Positions 1-10,727 are shown, counted from the stretch's first letter. The stretch is DNA of 64,000 nt from Methanotrichaceae archaeon (GCA_963803145.1 CAWDLW010000012.1:128001-192000); one strand, 5' to 3'. Notes: generated by a model from the letters alone, not told the origin. Numbers and translations are program-made.

Positions 1-1920
1 ACATCGGTGCAATTATAGGTTCTCTGATTGTATTCGATGAAGTTCACTTAATGGAGTTTCAGCGGTCATTTCTGACCGCTACAGAAATGATGAATAGATT
101 CAAGGGCCTAGCTCAGTTTTTCGTAATGACCGCTACTCTGACTGAGCCAACACAAAGATGGCTGACAAAGCAGATTGGCGCTGAATCAGTAACTTGCAGC
201 ATAGATGAGCTTAAAAATGTCCGTGGTTATAAGGAGCGGAGCAGGATTTATTCATTTGAAAAAGAGCCTCTTTCATCAGATGCAGTAATTAAGAATCACA
301 AGCAAAAGACATTGGTTTTATGCAACAGAGTAGACCGATCCCAAAAGATTTATCCGAACTGAAGGAGGCGCTTAAAGATAGAGATATAAAAGTAGCGCTT
401 CTCCATAGCCGCTTTTTCAAGACAGATAGAAGTGTGATAGAGAAGAATCTGCAAGGATGGTTCGGCAAGGAATCAAAGAATCTAAATGCGATACTGGTAT
501 CAACCCAGGTAGTTGAAGCAGGCATTGATATATCCTGCGATGTCATGCATACCGAATTGGCTCCCGCAAATTCTCTTATCCAACGTGCAGGACGATGTGC
601 GAGATATTCAGGAACTGGTAAAGTATTCATTTATGAGCTTGAGGACCCCGCTAACTTCCTCCCTTATGCAAAGAATGAGGTCGATGCCACTCGAAAAGAA
701 GTAAATGATTTTAAAGAAGAGAGCTTGATCCAGATTTAGAAAAGGATCTAGCTGAAAGGGTTCATGCCCCTCTTGAAGATTCAAGGCTAATCGATTCCAT
801 ACAGAATCGCCGTGGAGAAGTAAACGAGGCGATGGATTACGGCCATTCCTCCAATATTCAAAAGCTAATAAGAGAGGTAGACAGCGTCAATATTCTACTT
901 ACGCCAAATCCAGACGACGAAAACTTAGAAAATTCATGGCCAGAGATGCTATCTGTTCCTCGATCAACACTTTATAGGCTGAAAAAAGAGGGCAATGGTG
1001 ATTGGATCTTCAAAATCCCTATATTTAGCGATGATGAAGATTTTAAAGGCTCAAGATGGCAAGAGGTAGAATCAGTTAATGATATCTCTTGGTTGGCGGC
1101 ATTGAACCCGAGATTTGCGAAGTATTCGCAAGAGATTGGGTTGGTATTCGGTGAAGAAGGACAGAGATGTGTATCTTCTACCGAAAAAACCCCTCATGAA
1201 AGCTATAATTATTCATGCGAATCATATCTGGAACATACCAATCTTGTCATCGATGAAGCAAGATCATTGATCCCACTTTACGATAATGGAATAAAAAATC
1301 TAGCTGCTAAATTTCTGTCAGACAGCGGTTCCATTGAAAGAATGCTTCTCCTGGCCTGTGCTCTCCATGATGCTGGAAAATTAAGCACGCAATGGCAAAG
1401 CGCTATGCACACGTGGCAGAGCATCTCAGATCCGAATGCTAAACAATTTGTCAATGGATTACCCTTGGCACATACAACATACGATTCAAGAAGAGATTGG
1501 AGGAGAATGCAGGAACTAAAGATAAATAAAGGTCCACATGCCGCGGAAGGTGCCTATGCCGTTCTGCCAATGATAATCAAAGGATGCCAAACTCAGTTTG
1601 ATGAAAATATAGATTTAGATAATATAGCGATTGCCATTATGGCAGCTATCGCAAGGCACCACGGCCCTAGGACTTCCAACCTTCAACCATCCAAGCTAAT
1701 TCCCGAAGCGAAAAAGGTGCTATCTGATGCAATTGGGTCATTAGGGATGGACCTAGGAGAACTGGATATAAGCGATACGCCCGATCAAGATGAAATCGAT
1801 ACATTCAAGGATTATCTAAAAATAGATCAAATAGAGAAAGGGCTATTTTTATATTGGCTATTTGTAAGGGTCCTTCGGTTGGCTGATCAGAGAGCAACAT
1901 CTAAGATAGGGAGCCCATAA
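1..1920 (+). CDS. cas3: CRISPR-associated helicase/nuclease Cas3, helicase followed by C-terminal HD domain; 5'-partial, two apparent frameshifts (~355, ~725)
   Basis: SF2 motifs across ORFs 51-362/320-739: FDEVHLM, MTATL, LCNRVDRSQ, LLHSRF, STQVVEAGIDIS, QRAGRCAR. Frame of ORF 832-1920 is open from ~724 and carries HD motifs LHDAGK, PHAAEG, RHHG, LRLADQRAT. Confidence 0.9.
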
Positions 1921-3629
1921 TGAGTAAAAAACTGTGTTTTGTGGTCCCAAAAGAGACCAATACATATGCAGATGTCCTCATGACCGTGGGTACATCAGAC
2001 CTTTTAAATGAGATTTATGGAGATGAGGCTCGGATCTCGATCAAAGATAAAGGCGATAGGTTTAACATCGATGTATCTTCCCAGGAAGGGTTAGAGCTGT
2101 TGGATAGATATACACGGCTCGATATTGGCTATCGTTTTGTAAAGCAGAAGGATAATGAGAAGATACCTCTCGGCATAGAGAACTACTACGATTATCCTGA
2201 AGAGAAGAAGAAAGATGACGCCTATTCTAAATTTGAGAAAACTACCGGGAAAAAGAAAACTAAAATTGCCAATAATATAGTTGATGCAGGATTGGATAAG
2301 CCTCCTGCTCCTGATCCCGCTCTTAAGCTTCATAAAATCCTAGCATCTATGCGCAAAGGCTGGAAGAGCGATAAGGAGTTCTACGAATATTTTATCAATA
2401 ATCGCGAAACGGTTACAAAACTAGCCATAAATAACCTAAAGTATTTGGCCGGTTCATGCTCAGAAAAATTAGCGAAGAAAAACTTAATAAGATCGTATCA
2501 GGATCTCAGGTTCTCCTGCCAATTGGCGGAAAGGGCATCAATAGGCCAAAACCGGATTCTACGGGGAAATCTGGCCTGCCTTCAGATTTCATTGATTGGT
2601 TTTCAGAATGGATGAAGTATCGTGGCATGTTTAAGTTCTTGCTTCCCTATAGAAGTGGAGATGATTTCAAATTTTACGTCATAATTCCCAAGGAAATATC
2701 ATTTAATGCCCTAATGGCAATACACAAAGATCTCTTCAATAAGAATTTATGGGGCGGGATAAAGCTAGATATTCAGGCAACTTTGGATCTAGCAAGAATC
2801 TTAATTATGCACTCAGAGGAATATGATAAAGAAAAAGGCTCTTTCAAGATGCTAAAGAGACGCCCCAACCAGATAATCGAAGGGTTATCCCAAGCCTATT
2901 TTAAGAGCCTAGGAACCGCCGCTGCTTTAATGAATTATTCTTTCTTAGGTCTACCTGGCTGGTTCACAATCGAGAATAACGAAACTGCACACGAGTTTAT
3001 AGAAATCATAAATGAGCACGAAAAATGCATTAGCGCTCTTCAGGACGATATATCTAGCGATATCCCTCTTCTTCAAGAATATAGGAGCCCCCTTTCCTCA
3101 GGGGATTATAGGTATTTCCTGGAATTTTTGTCTCTTTATGGAACCTATGTCATACAACGTAGAGAGAGAAATAAGTGGGCAATGCAATTCACAATCCAAA
3201 ACTTGAGGAGGATATTCATGGTGAAAAAAGATTACTCTGAGAGAATATCAAACGAGGGTTTTTTGATTTAGCGACTGCAATAAGGAAAGCTACCGTAAGC
3301 GCTCAATATCGCAAAGCTCAAGGAAATCGAGAGTGGGATATCAAATATGGTTTAGCTCAGGATTGGAAGCGAGTAGTGGAACAACCTGATAAGTTGGTCG
3401 TAGCTATCTCAGATTTCGTTCAGCAGTACAATGCCGAGAACGCAAGACATGAAGAGCAATCGAAAGAAAGGCGAAGCAATGTAACTACTAAAGACCTCAG
3501 TGAGGTTCTGGATTTAATAAAAAATTACGACTCGTACCTGGTAGGATGTTGCTTTTAGCCTATGGATATGCCAGAGAGGTTAGAGAAAAAGATGAACCAG
3601 CTGAGATAAAAGAAGGTGGAACCCAATGA
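1920..3629 (+). CDS. cas8: Type I large subunit (Cas8a-like) with Cas11-like C-terminal part; apparent frameshifts at ~2460, ~3268, ~3547
   Basis: ORFs 1920-2615, 2456-3271 and 3376-3558 join into one protein ending ...LLAYGYAREVREKDEPAEIKEGGTQ* whose TGA overlaps the cas7 ATG; lies between cas3 and cas7; GKGINRPKPD and FLGLPGW motifs. Confidence 0.75.
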
Positions 3630-4605
3630 AAATAAATTCTTTAAGTATATCTGGGCTTTTGACCCTCAATATGCATGCCCTTAATAATGAGGGCTCCGAG
3701 GGAAACTATCTCCAGACGAGGATGGTTGAAATAGTGGATGTAGATGGAGCAGCACATTCAGTAAATGCAATCTCTGGAGATATGTTTAAGCATATCCAAG
3801 CTGATCATTTGTATTCTATTGCTGGAGAAGAAGGTGTCTCTCTGCAATGGGTGCTCAGGCTTTAATCCTAATCGTATTAATATCGATAATAGATTATTAG
3901 ATGAGTATAAACAACGCAAGGAAGTAACTAACTCCGAGATCATCGATTGGGTTATTCGTAATTGTATTGGTGATGATGTCGAAGGAACGATGATAACTCA
4001 AAATATAGGACTTACTGCTGCAGATAAACCACAATCCCGCTCAATAGGCAGAAAATCTGTAGTTGAGTTTGGCTGGGCAGTTGGGGAGCCAGAAAAGACA
4101 AAAACCCGAATCTTATTTCCACGTCAAGTTCGATCAAACTGAAAGAGCTGGCGGTAGAGGCGATGATACTGGCGCAAATATAGGTCAGAACATTTTTCAT
4201 AGGCCCGCATCAAGCGGCAGGTATGCTATCGTTCTTAATACAGATCTATGTCGTATAGGATTCAATGATATTACACGTGAGTACTCAATAAATCTAGAAG
4301 AACGAAAGAAAAGGGCGATAGTCGTTTTAAAAAGTATATTAGCAACATTTCTGAAGCCAGAAGGGGCTCATAGAAACACACAGAATCCACACATAGTGAA
4401 TTTCCAGGGCTGCATTACCGCAAGTTCTACAATGCTTCCAGCTCCAACAGTAAGTGCTCTTAATGATAAGTATTTGGTAGAAATAGGAAATATTTGCAAT
4501 ACTTTAAATGAACTTAGCCCAAATTCAATCACAAAACGGGAGTTCAATAGCCTGCAAGAATTTGTATCTACGATTAAGGAAATAATAGATTCATTAGAGA
4601 TATGA
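3626..4605 (+). CDS. cas7: Cas7, DevR/Csa2 family; apparent frameshifts at ~3845 and ~4105
   Basis: MHALNNEGSEGN, VNAISGDMFKHIQ, DDVEG, RKSVVEFGW, YFHVK, QNIFHRPASSG, PEGAHRNTQNPH. Confidence 0.85.
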
Positions 4606-5360
4606 GTATGACTGAGTTTGCTCAAGAATGGCTGGTCCTAGAATACTTGCCCACTAGCTTATTCTCTCTCAAAATTTCAACAGCTACGAATAAGGGTGGC
4701 AAAACGCTTTTTGTCCCCACGCCTTATTCGATCAAGCTGGCTTTCGTAGATGCGGCGTTCCGTATTGGTGGAGAAAAATTAGCTAAGGAGATCTTCAGCT
4801 CTATCAAAGGAAGCGATATTCGTTTATCTCCACCAGATAGATTATATGTTCTCAATACTTTTATAAAAATCCTTGACGAAAGCAGAGATAAGACTTCAGA
4901 TCCTTACCAATCAACAATTGCTTATAGAGAATTTTGTTATTTCCAAGGCATGCTTGAGATAGCTTTCTCTTTGGAAAATTGCCCTAATGAAGTTCAAGAA
5001 AAAATAAGGGAAATAGCTGCTCACGTAAACTATTTCGGAAAAAGAGGTAGCTTTTTCCAGTATATTAAAAGTAGAACGATTTCAGAATTGCCGCTTGGTT
5101 TTACAGTAAAAGCAACTGATCTGAAAGGAAATATTGGTGGATATGAAGTTATTCAGCCTCTGGATGACATTGGAGAATTAAATTCAAAGGATTTATTCGA
5201 CCGCATTAATACGTTTTCTGATAAAAAGATTGAAAGGGGTAAACATAGAGTATTTGTGCTTACATATTTACCTTATAAAATGGAGAAAAGCTCAACCAGC
5301 TATACAGCGTATGTAAATCCATATCGGTGCGAAACATGCCCCTCCCCCGCCCCAACCTAA
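4602..5360 (+). CDS. cas5: Cas5 (type I-A-like RAMP)
   Basis: SLFSLK...GGKTLFVPTPYSIKLA, STIAYRE, VNYFGKRGSF; follows cas7 with overlapping codons. Confidence 0.85.
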   Translation: MSMTEFAQEWLVLEYLPTSLFSLKISTATNKGGKTLFVPTPYSIKLAFVDAAFRIGGEKLAKEIFSSIKGSDIRLSPPDRLYVLNTFIKILDESRDKTSDPYQSTIAYREFCYFQGMLEIAFSLENCPNEVQEKIREIAAHVNYFGKRGSFFQYIKSRTISELPLGFTVKATDLKGNIGGYEVIQPLDDIGELNSKDLFDRINTFSDKKIERGKHRVFVLTYLPYKMEKSSTSYTAYVNPYRCETCPSPAPT

Positions 5361-5530
5361 ACTCCTTTTTGCTAACTCTCGCCAAGCATTACACCATCAC
5401 CGCAAAGGAAGCCTTATGACACAGCTCATCTCCACAGCCCTCTACAGCTCAGTAGCCCGCAGCCTAACAGGCCCATCCTCCGACATCGACCTCTTCATCG
5501 TGCTTCAGGAGACACCCTCGGGCATACTGG
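5340..5530 (+). pseudogene. Degenerate partial copy of the MNT nucleotidyltransferase at 6267
   Basis: QLISTALYSSVARSLTGPSSDIDLFIVLQETPSGIL vs QLVSIALYGSVARSQAGPSSDIDLFVVLQDAPSGML; DNA similar, G of GS motif lost, truncated. Confidence 0.8.
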
Positions 5531-5624
5531 CCTACTGTCCGTTTGCTCCTGACCAAATGAATGGATACCTGCATTCCAAAAAGTTTATCACGTCTGCTTC
5601 CCCACTAATGGGACAGTGAATTAA

Positions 5625-5885
5625 ATGCCAGTCACAAAGGTCGATGAAAAGGGCAGAGTAGTCCTGCCGGGTGAGCTCAGGCGCAAGCTGAGGATTAACA
5701 CCGGCGACGAGTTCATCGTAGAGGAGCTGGGGCCGGATTCACTCGTCCTGAAGAAGGTAAACCTGCGGGCTCTGATGCAGGATATCATAGAAAAGGCCAA
5801 GAACGTCGATATGGATAAGCTAGAGGCTGAGATTGAGGAAGAGGCTAATCGGCTTGCCAGACGAAAATACAAGATTCTTGATTGA
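5625..5885 (+). CDS. AbrB/MazE/SpoVT-family antitoxin (VapB-like)
   Basis: TKVDEKGRVVLPGELRRKLRINTGDEF. Confidence 0.85.
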   Translation: MPVTKVDEKGRVVLPGELRRKLRINTGDEFIVEELGPDSLVLKKVNLRALMQDIIEKAKNVDMDKLEAEIEEEANRLARRKYKILD

Positions 5886-5973
5886 TACCAATCTGTTCAT
5901 GGCCGCCGCAAAGAGTGGTTGGACTAAGAGCACAGATCTGCTCTCGCTATCCCCATGCGGTTGTGTACAATAA
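5854..5973 (+). pseudogene. Truncated PIN-domain (VapC-like) toxin
   Basis: TTG-started frame MPDENTRFLIDTNLFMAAAKSGW...* overlaps the antitoxin 3' end; PIN N-terminal xxDTN motif; only 39 aa. Confidence 0.65.
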
Positions 5974-6084
5974 GCTCGCCGGGCATCCAGGCAGTCTGCC
6001 ATCGGATGCCTGCAAAGAATAGGGCAGATTCGCAGGAATTCTTCCAAAGAACATTTAAGTTAGCTAGGTTGATATTATAAATCA

Positions 6085-6237
6085 TTGCCCACACTCACAG
6101 CAGTTATCCACAGAGAAGAAGACATGTACATTGCTGAGTGCTCGGAGGTAGGTACGGCAAGTCAAGGTAAGACCATCGAGGAGGCAGTGAAAAATCTCAA
6201 GGAAGCTACAGAGCTATATCTGGAGGAGTTTCCCTGA
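6085..6237 (+). CDS. HicB-like (UPF0150) antitoxin, short or frameshifted at the 3' end; no hicA partner seen
   Basis: Not in ORF track; TTG start, TLTAVIHREEDMYIAECSEVGTASQGKTIEEAVKNLKEATELYLEE. Confidence 0.8.
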   Translation: MPTLTAVIHREEDMYIAECSEVGTASQGKTIEEAVKNLKEATELYLEEFP

Positions 6238-6266
6238 AGGATAGGGAGCGTTAATCACCATAAAGG

Positions 6267-6779
6267 ATGTGTAGTGTGTCACTATCAAAGGCTGAGCTAA
6301 ACGCCATTTTTCGAACGCTTGCAGAGCGTTATGCAACAGCAGCCAAAATGGTCCTCGGAGATCAACTAGTTTCAATAGCCCTCTACGGCTCAGTAGCCCG
6401 CAGCCAGGCAGGCCCATCCTCCGACATCGACCTCTTCGTCGTGCTTCAGGATGCTCCCTCAGGCATGCTGGCCAGACGTCGTCTTCTCCAGCCTGTGCGT
6501 GACTCCCTCACAGCGGAGCTGGAAGGTCTATGGGAACAAGGCATCTACACTGATTTCATCGAGGTGATCCGCTCTAGGACAGAAGTTCTGCAGTTCCATC
6601 CCCTCTATCTGGATATGTCGCAGGATGCCATCCTGCTCTATGATCGTGACCAATTTTTGCATACTCTGCTTGAAAAGGTCAGAGAGCGCCTGCAAAGGGC
6701 GGGCGCTGAGCGCTATGCTATGGGAAAACATTGGTACTGGGATATGAAACAGGCCTTTGTGTCTGGGGAGGTTGTGTGA
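6267..6779 (+). CDS. Minimal nucleotidyltransferase (MNT) antitoxin
   Basis: LYGSVARSQAGPSSDIDLFVV (GS-x10-DxD); start may be GTG at 6276. Confidence 0.9.
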   Translation: MCSVSLSKAELNAIFRTLAERYATAAKMVLGDQLVSIALYGSVARSQAGPSSDIDLFVVLQDAPSGMLARRRLLQPVRDSLTAELEGLWEQGIYTDFIEVIRSRTEVLQFHPLYLDMSQDAILLYDRDQFLHTLLEKVRERLQRAGAERYAMGKHWYWDMKQAFVSGEVV

Positions 6780-6781
6780 TC

Positions 6782-7213
6782 ATGAATCCCAATGCTCCTG
6801 CCAGGCGCATGGTATCAAGAGCTCTAATCATCATTGAGGAGGCAGAGTACCTACAGAGAAAACTTGCCTGGAACATGGTTGTGCGGCGCTCTCAGGAGGT
6901 TGTAGAGCTGGCGTTAAAAGCTGCTCTCCTCTGGGCGCAAATAGAAGTGCCTCGTATCCATGATGTTGGACCCATACTAAAGCAATACTCTGACCGCTAT
7001 CCAGAACCATTTCGAGGGCGTATATCCCATCTAGCATCCATCTCTCGAATGCTGAGAGCAGAGCGTGAGATCAGCTTTTACGGGGATGAACAGAGCGGTA
7101 TACCTCCCGAGAGCCTCTATACTCCAGAAGATGCAAAGGAAGCCCTATCAAAGGCGCACGAAGTGCTGAGTGCCTGCCATGAGCTTATAGGTAAGGATGC
7201 CCTGGATGACTGA
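6782..7213 (+). CDS. HEPN domain protein (MNT-HEPN pair)
   Basis: SQEVVELALKAAL, PRIHDVG, EREISFYG; directly after MNT. Confidence 0.88.
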   Translation: MNPNAPARRMVSRALIIIEEAEYLQRKLAWNMVVRRSQEVVELALKAALLWAQIEVPRIHDVGPILKQYSDRYPEPFRGRISHLASISRMLRAEREISFYGDEQSGIPPESLYTPEDAKEALSKAHEVLSACHELIGKDALDD

Positions 7214-7229
7214 TCTTACTTTCATATGT

Positions 7230-8204
7230 CTAAATCGATATCTCATAACTCCCATTTCCAAACGTAGCCATCTTGCCTATATGGATCAGCTTACCTAACT
7301 CAAGCAAGGCCATGATCTCTCTTGAGAACTCCCCGGAATAGACGATCTCCCCTCTGAAAAATGGTGCCAGGGGTTTCTTCTCAGATCCCTGATCGTGGAA
7401 TCTGCGTTCCATCCATATCTCTTCTGTCTTGGCGCTTGCAATATTCACTCCCCGGCATAGGCTCAGGATAGATAGAACCTCCTCATGGTCATAGAGCATT
7501 CCAGGGCCGTAAAACTCAGCCAGGGCATTTGCCCTGGAGATCAGCCTTCCCATGAGGCCTCTGAAGCTTGGAGCAGCAGTGAACCTGCCGTTCTCCTTGA
7601 TCTGTGTAGGAGTAATGAAATGCATTGATAATTTTCCGGAGTGCTCCTGTGATGCCTCAACCATTTCCCTATAGCTGAGGCAAATTGATCTGTTATAAAC
7701 GGTCTCTCCCTGGAAGATATTTGATCTGGCTCCATACCCTATGGAGTCCACCGCCTCTAAACAGAACTTCCCCTTGCCCTCTCTGAAGCCCAGACTCATT
7801 CCCTTTTCCCCCAGGTTTCTCAGAGCCAAAAGGAAGTAAGGCAGATAAGACATAGCCTTTCCAACGAGGGTGAACCCGAGGACCAGCCCGTCTCCTGGGC
7901 TGTATCTTCCGGGCTTCGGCGGCTCGAAGGCAAAGGGTCTCGGAATCTCCTGGTTCCTCAGCACCTTCGCCCCATCAAATGGACGAGAGTTATAAAAGAA
8001 ATCGTAAGCACATGATGCCCTTTGAAGGCATCCTGAGCAATCATTCCCATGGCCTCCATAGCTCAGGCAGACCATCTCTTTCAATCTGGCCCCAAAGCCG
8101 CTTCTAAGTACATTGCCTGACCAGGGAGGAAGATCTGCAGCTGTGCTGAATCTGATACTGGCCTCATATCTGGCCAGCTCTAGGTTTTTCAGTTCCCTTT
8201 TCAT
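7230..8204 (-). CDS. cas6: CRISPR pre-crRNA endoribonuclease Cas6
   Basis: GNVLRSGFG, Cys cluster CxxC..C, PRPFAF, FITPTQIK, C-terminal Gly-rich loop HIGKMATFGNG. Confidence 0.88.
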   Translation of the reverse strand: MKRELKNLELARYEASIRFSTAADLPPWSGNVLRSGFGARLKEMVCLSYGGHGNDCSGCLQRASCAYDFFYNSRPFDGAKVLRNQEIPRPFAFEPPKPGRYSPGDGLVLGFTLVGKAMSYLPYFLLALRNLGEKGMSLGFREGKGKFCLEAVDSIGYGARSNIFQGETVYNRSICLSYREMVEASQEHSGKLSMHFITPTQIKENGRFTAAPSFRGLMGRLISRANALAEFYGPGMLYDHEEVLSILSLCRGVNIASAKTEEIWMERRFHDQGSEKKPLAPFFRGEIVYSGEFSREIMALLELGKLIHIGKMATFGNGSYEISI

Positions 8205-8767
8205 CGGGATTCCCCATTATTTATTCAAAGTAAAGTCGAAGGCGCCAATGACACATCAGACAGCCATTGGATATTAGAATATAAGCTTTCGACATCACCT
8301 CTATGACTATATTAGCGAGTATTATCTATCAATAGTTAATCTTATCCCCTTCAACCTTATAGCATGAATTTTCCAAAACCTTCCCCCGAAGAGGGGTTAG
8401 GGGCAGCCCGCGCGGCGATTGAGCGCGCTAAGATAGCCGTTAGTTTTAGCCCCTGAAGAAAGTGTAGTCTCTTGAATTAGTTGCAGCCTCAAACGCAAAA
8501 TCAATTATGCCTTCCTACGAAAAATCCATAGAGCGTATCGGTTTTTCATACTTAGAGCACGACGCATAGAATCACGAGGATTTTGTGGTTGATCGTTACT
8601 GAACTCTCATCACCAAGGCACGAAAAATTTACTTTGAGGATTGAAGTTATTAGGCGATTAGTCGAAAGAAGAACTGGAGTAGGATTGCATAACTCGTTCA
8701 AGGCTCGCTTGACTGAGGATAATTGCCTGCAAACGTTTAAGCCTGAGCGCAGCGGAAATATATCAGG

Positions 8768-10012
8768 ATGTCATCTAAAGATATTCTCTCGATTGTTCAA
8801 TCCCACCTCTCCAGGTGTGCCTGCGACATGGGCCTGGATAAAAATGTCTTCGAGATTCTTCGCTCTCCGGCACGTGAGCTTCAAGTCTCTCTGCCGGTTC
8901 GCATGGATGACGGCAGCATCAAGGTTTTTCTGGGCTTCAGGGTTCAATATAACGATGCTCTGGGACCGACTAAAGGCGGAGTAAGATTTCATCCAGATCA
9001 GAGCATGGAAAGTGTCAGGGCTCTAGCAGCTCTCATGACCTGGAAGTGTGCCCTTCACGGCCTTCCCTTGGGCGGCTCCAAGGGCGGAGTCATATGCAAC
9101 CCCAAAGAGCTTTCCAAAGGGGAGTTTGAGCGTCTGAGCCGCTCCTACATCCGTGAGATCTATAGCTTCATTGGGCCTCGCAAAGATATCCCTGCGCCTG
9201 ATGTCAACACGAACGCTCAGGTCATGGCCTGGATGATGGATGAATACTCGAAGATTGCAGGCGAGAATGTCTTCGGCAGCGTGACTGGAAAGCCCGTTGT
9301 CCTCGGTGGGTCTGTGGGCAGAGAGGAGGCCACTGCACTCGGCGGCTGGTACACTATCCGTGAGGCTGCGAAGGCTTTGGGCCTGGAGCTCAAGGGTGCG
9401 AGTGTTGCTGTCCAGGGATATGGAAACGTCGGCTACCATGCAGCCAGGCTTGCTCAAAGATTTGGATGCAAAGTCGTTGCAGTCAGCGACAGCAAGGGCG
9501 GCATACTCTCAGAAAATGGGCTTGAACCTGAAAAGGTCTACAGGCATAAGGCGGAAAGAGGATCTGTTATAGGGTATCCTGGCACAAAGAACATTTCCGG
9601 CGAGGAGTTGTTAGAGCTTGATATGGATATCCTGATACCGGCTGCCCTGGAAGGTGCAATTACTGCGGATAATGCTCCGAATATCAAGGCTAAGATTATC
9701 GCAGAGATGGCCAACAGCCCGACAACGCCGGAGGCCGACGAGATTCTTTTCAATAAAGGCAAACACATCATACCGGATATACTATGCAACGGCGGAGGTG
9801 TAATTGTCTCATACTTCGAGATGGTGCAGAACTTCGATATGTGGTCGTGGGATGAGTCTGAGGTCAATCGCCTGCTGGATAAGAAGATGGTGCAGGCTTA
9901 TGATACGGTGCTGAAGGCTTCGAGGGAATACGACGTAGATATGAGGCAGGCGGCGTATGCTGTTGCTATTAAACGTTTAGTGGAGGCGATGAAGGCTAGA
10001 GGGTGGGTATAA
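8768..10012 (+). CDS. gdhA: Glu/Leu/Phe/Val (glutamate) dehydrogenase
   Basis: GPTKGGVRFHP, GGSKGG, DIPAPDVNT, VQGYGNVG, GGVIVSYFE. Confidence 0.95.
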   Translation: MSSKDILSIVQSHLSRCACDMGLDKNVFEILRSPARELQVSLPVRMDDGSIKVFLGFRVQYNDALGPTKGGVRFHPDQSMESVRALAALMTWKCALHGLPLGGSKGGVICNPKELSKGEFERLSRSYIREIYSFIGPRKDIPAPDVNTNAQVMAWMMDEYSKIAGENVFGSVTGKPVVLGGSVGREEATALGGWYTIREAAKALGLELKGASVAVQGYGNVGYHAARLAQRFGCKVVAVSDSKGGILSENGLEPEKVYRHKAERGSVIGYPGTKNISGEELLELDMDILIPAALEGAITADNAPNIKAKIIAEMANSPTTPEADEILFNKGKHIIPDILCNGGGVIVSYFEMVQNFDMWSWDESEVNRLLDKKMVQAYDTVLKASREYDVDMRQAAYAVAIKRLVEAMKARGWV

Positions 10013-10550
10013 ATATAGTGCTTCTCTCGACCTTTTGGCTTATACCATTCATTGTTCTCTATAAGGGCATCAATTTAATTCCCTTTATTTTCCTTCGATT
10101 AGATAATAAATAATATTTAATAAGGAAATTGGCCGAGGTGGTCGGTAGGCCAATCTTTTGCCAAGCTTACTCATAACCGCGTTAGAGATGTCGTATAATG
10201 GACGCAATGTATCTATTCGTGTTTTGGAGGGAATGATTTCTCTATTGTTGGCCTACCAATTTTTGGAATTAAGTTTACATATGTTTAACTCTTTTGGTAG
10301 TAATGGTAAAATCACCATAAGGGTAAAATAGGTAAACACCTATTAAGGTATAGCAAGGAAAGGTAACGAATGATGTCAGATTGGATTTGGAGAAAGCGCA
10401 TGGATAATCTTTGGAAGGTAGGTCAATTCCCATTGCATATCATCCATACAAGGCTTCTCTCTTCTTGCGCTTCCATCAAAGAGCATTCGCATCTGATTTC
10501 GTTATCTTTCCTATCAATAATTGAAAAATTAAATAATTCAGGTGATCTAA

Positions 10551-10727
10551 ATGGAAGGAATAACTGATTCAATGCGACAATATGGGAAAACTGTTGACGA
10601 GGTTATTAAGAAGAATCCAAAGCATGGTAAGGAATATGGAGTTAAACGTCCTGAGAGCGCAAACATAGTAGCAGTGTTGGCCGGTCTATTTGTACTCTCA
10701 GCAATTATCGTTGAATTAACGCGATAA
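10551..10727 (+). CDS. Small 58-aa protein with C-terminal transmembrane helix
   Basis: Not in ORF track; AGGTGA RBS upstream; MEGITDSMRQYGK...NIVAVLAGLFVLSAIIVELTR*. Confidence 0.55.
   Translation: MEGITDSMRQYGKTVDEVIKKNPKHGKEYGVKRPESANIVAVLAGLFVLSAIIVELTR

Noticed and set aside
8570-8720. Several AGGAT(T) words (e.g. GAGGATTGAAG, TAGGATTGCAT) resembling the ...AAGGATTGAAAC end of methanogen CRISPR repeats, near cas6
   Set aside because: Spacing is irregular (~35-60 nt) and similarity is under 10 nt; cannot support a CRISPR or mini-array
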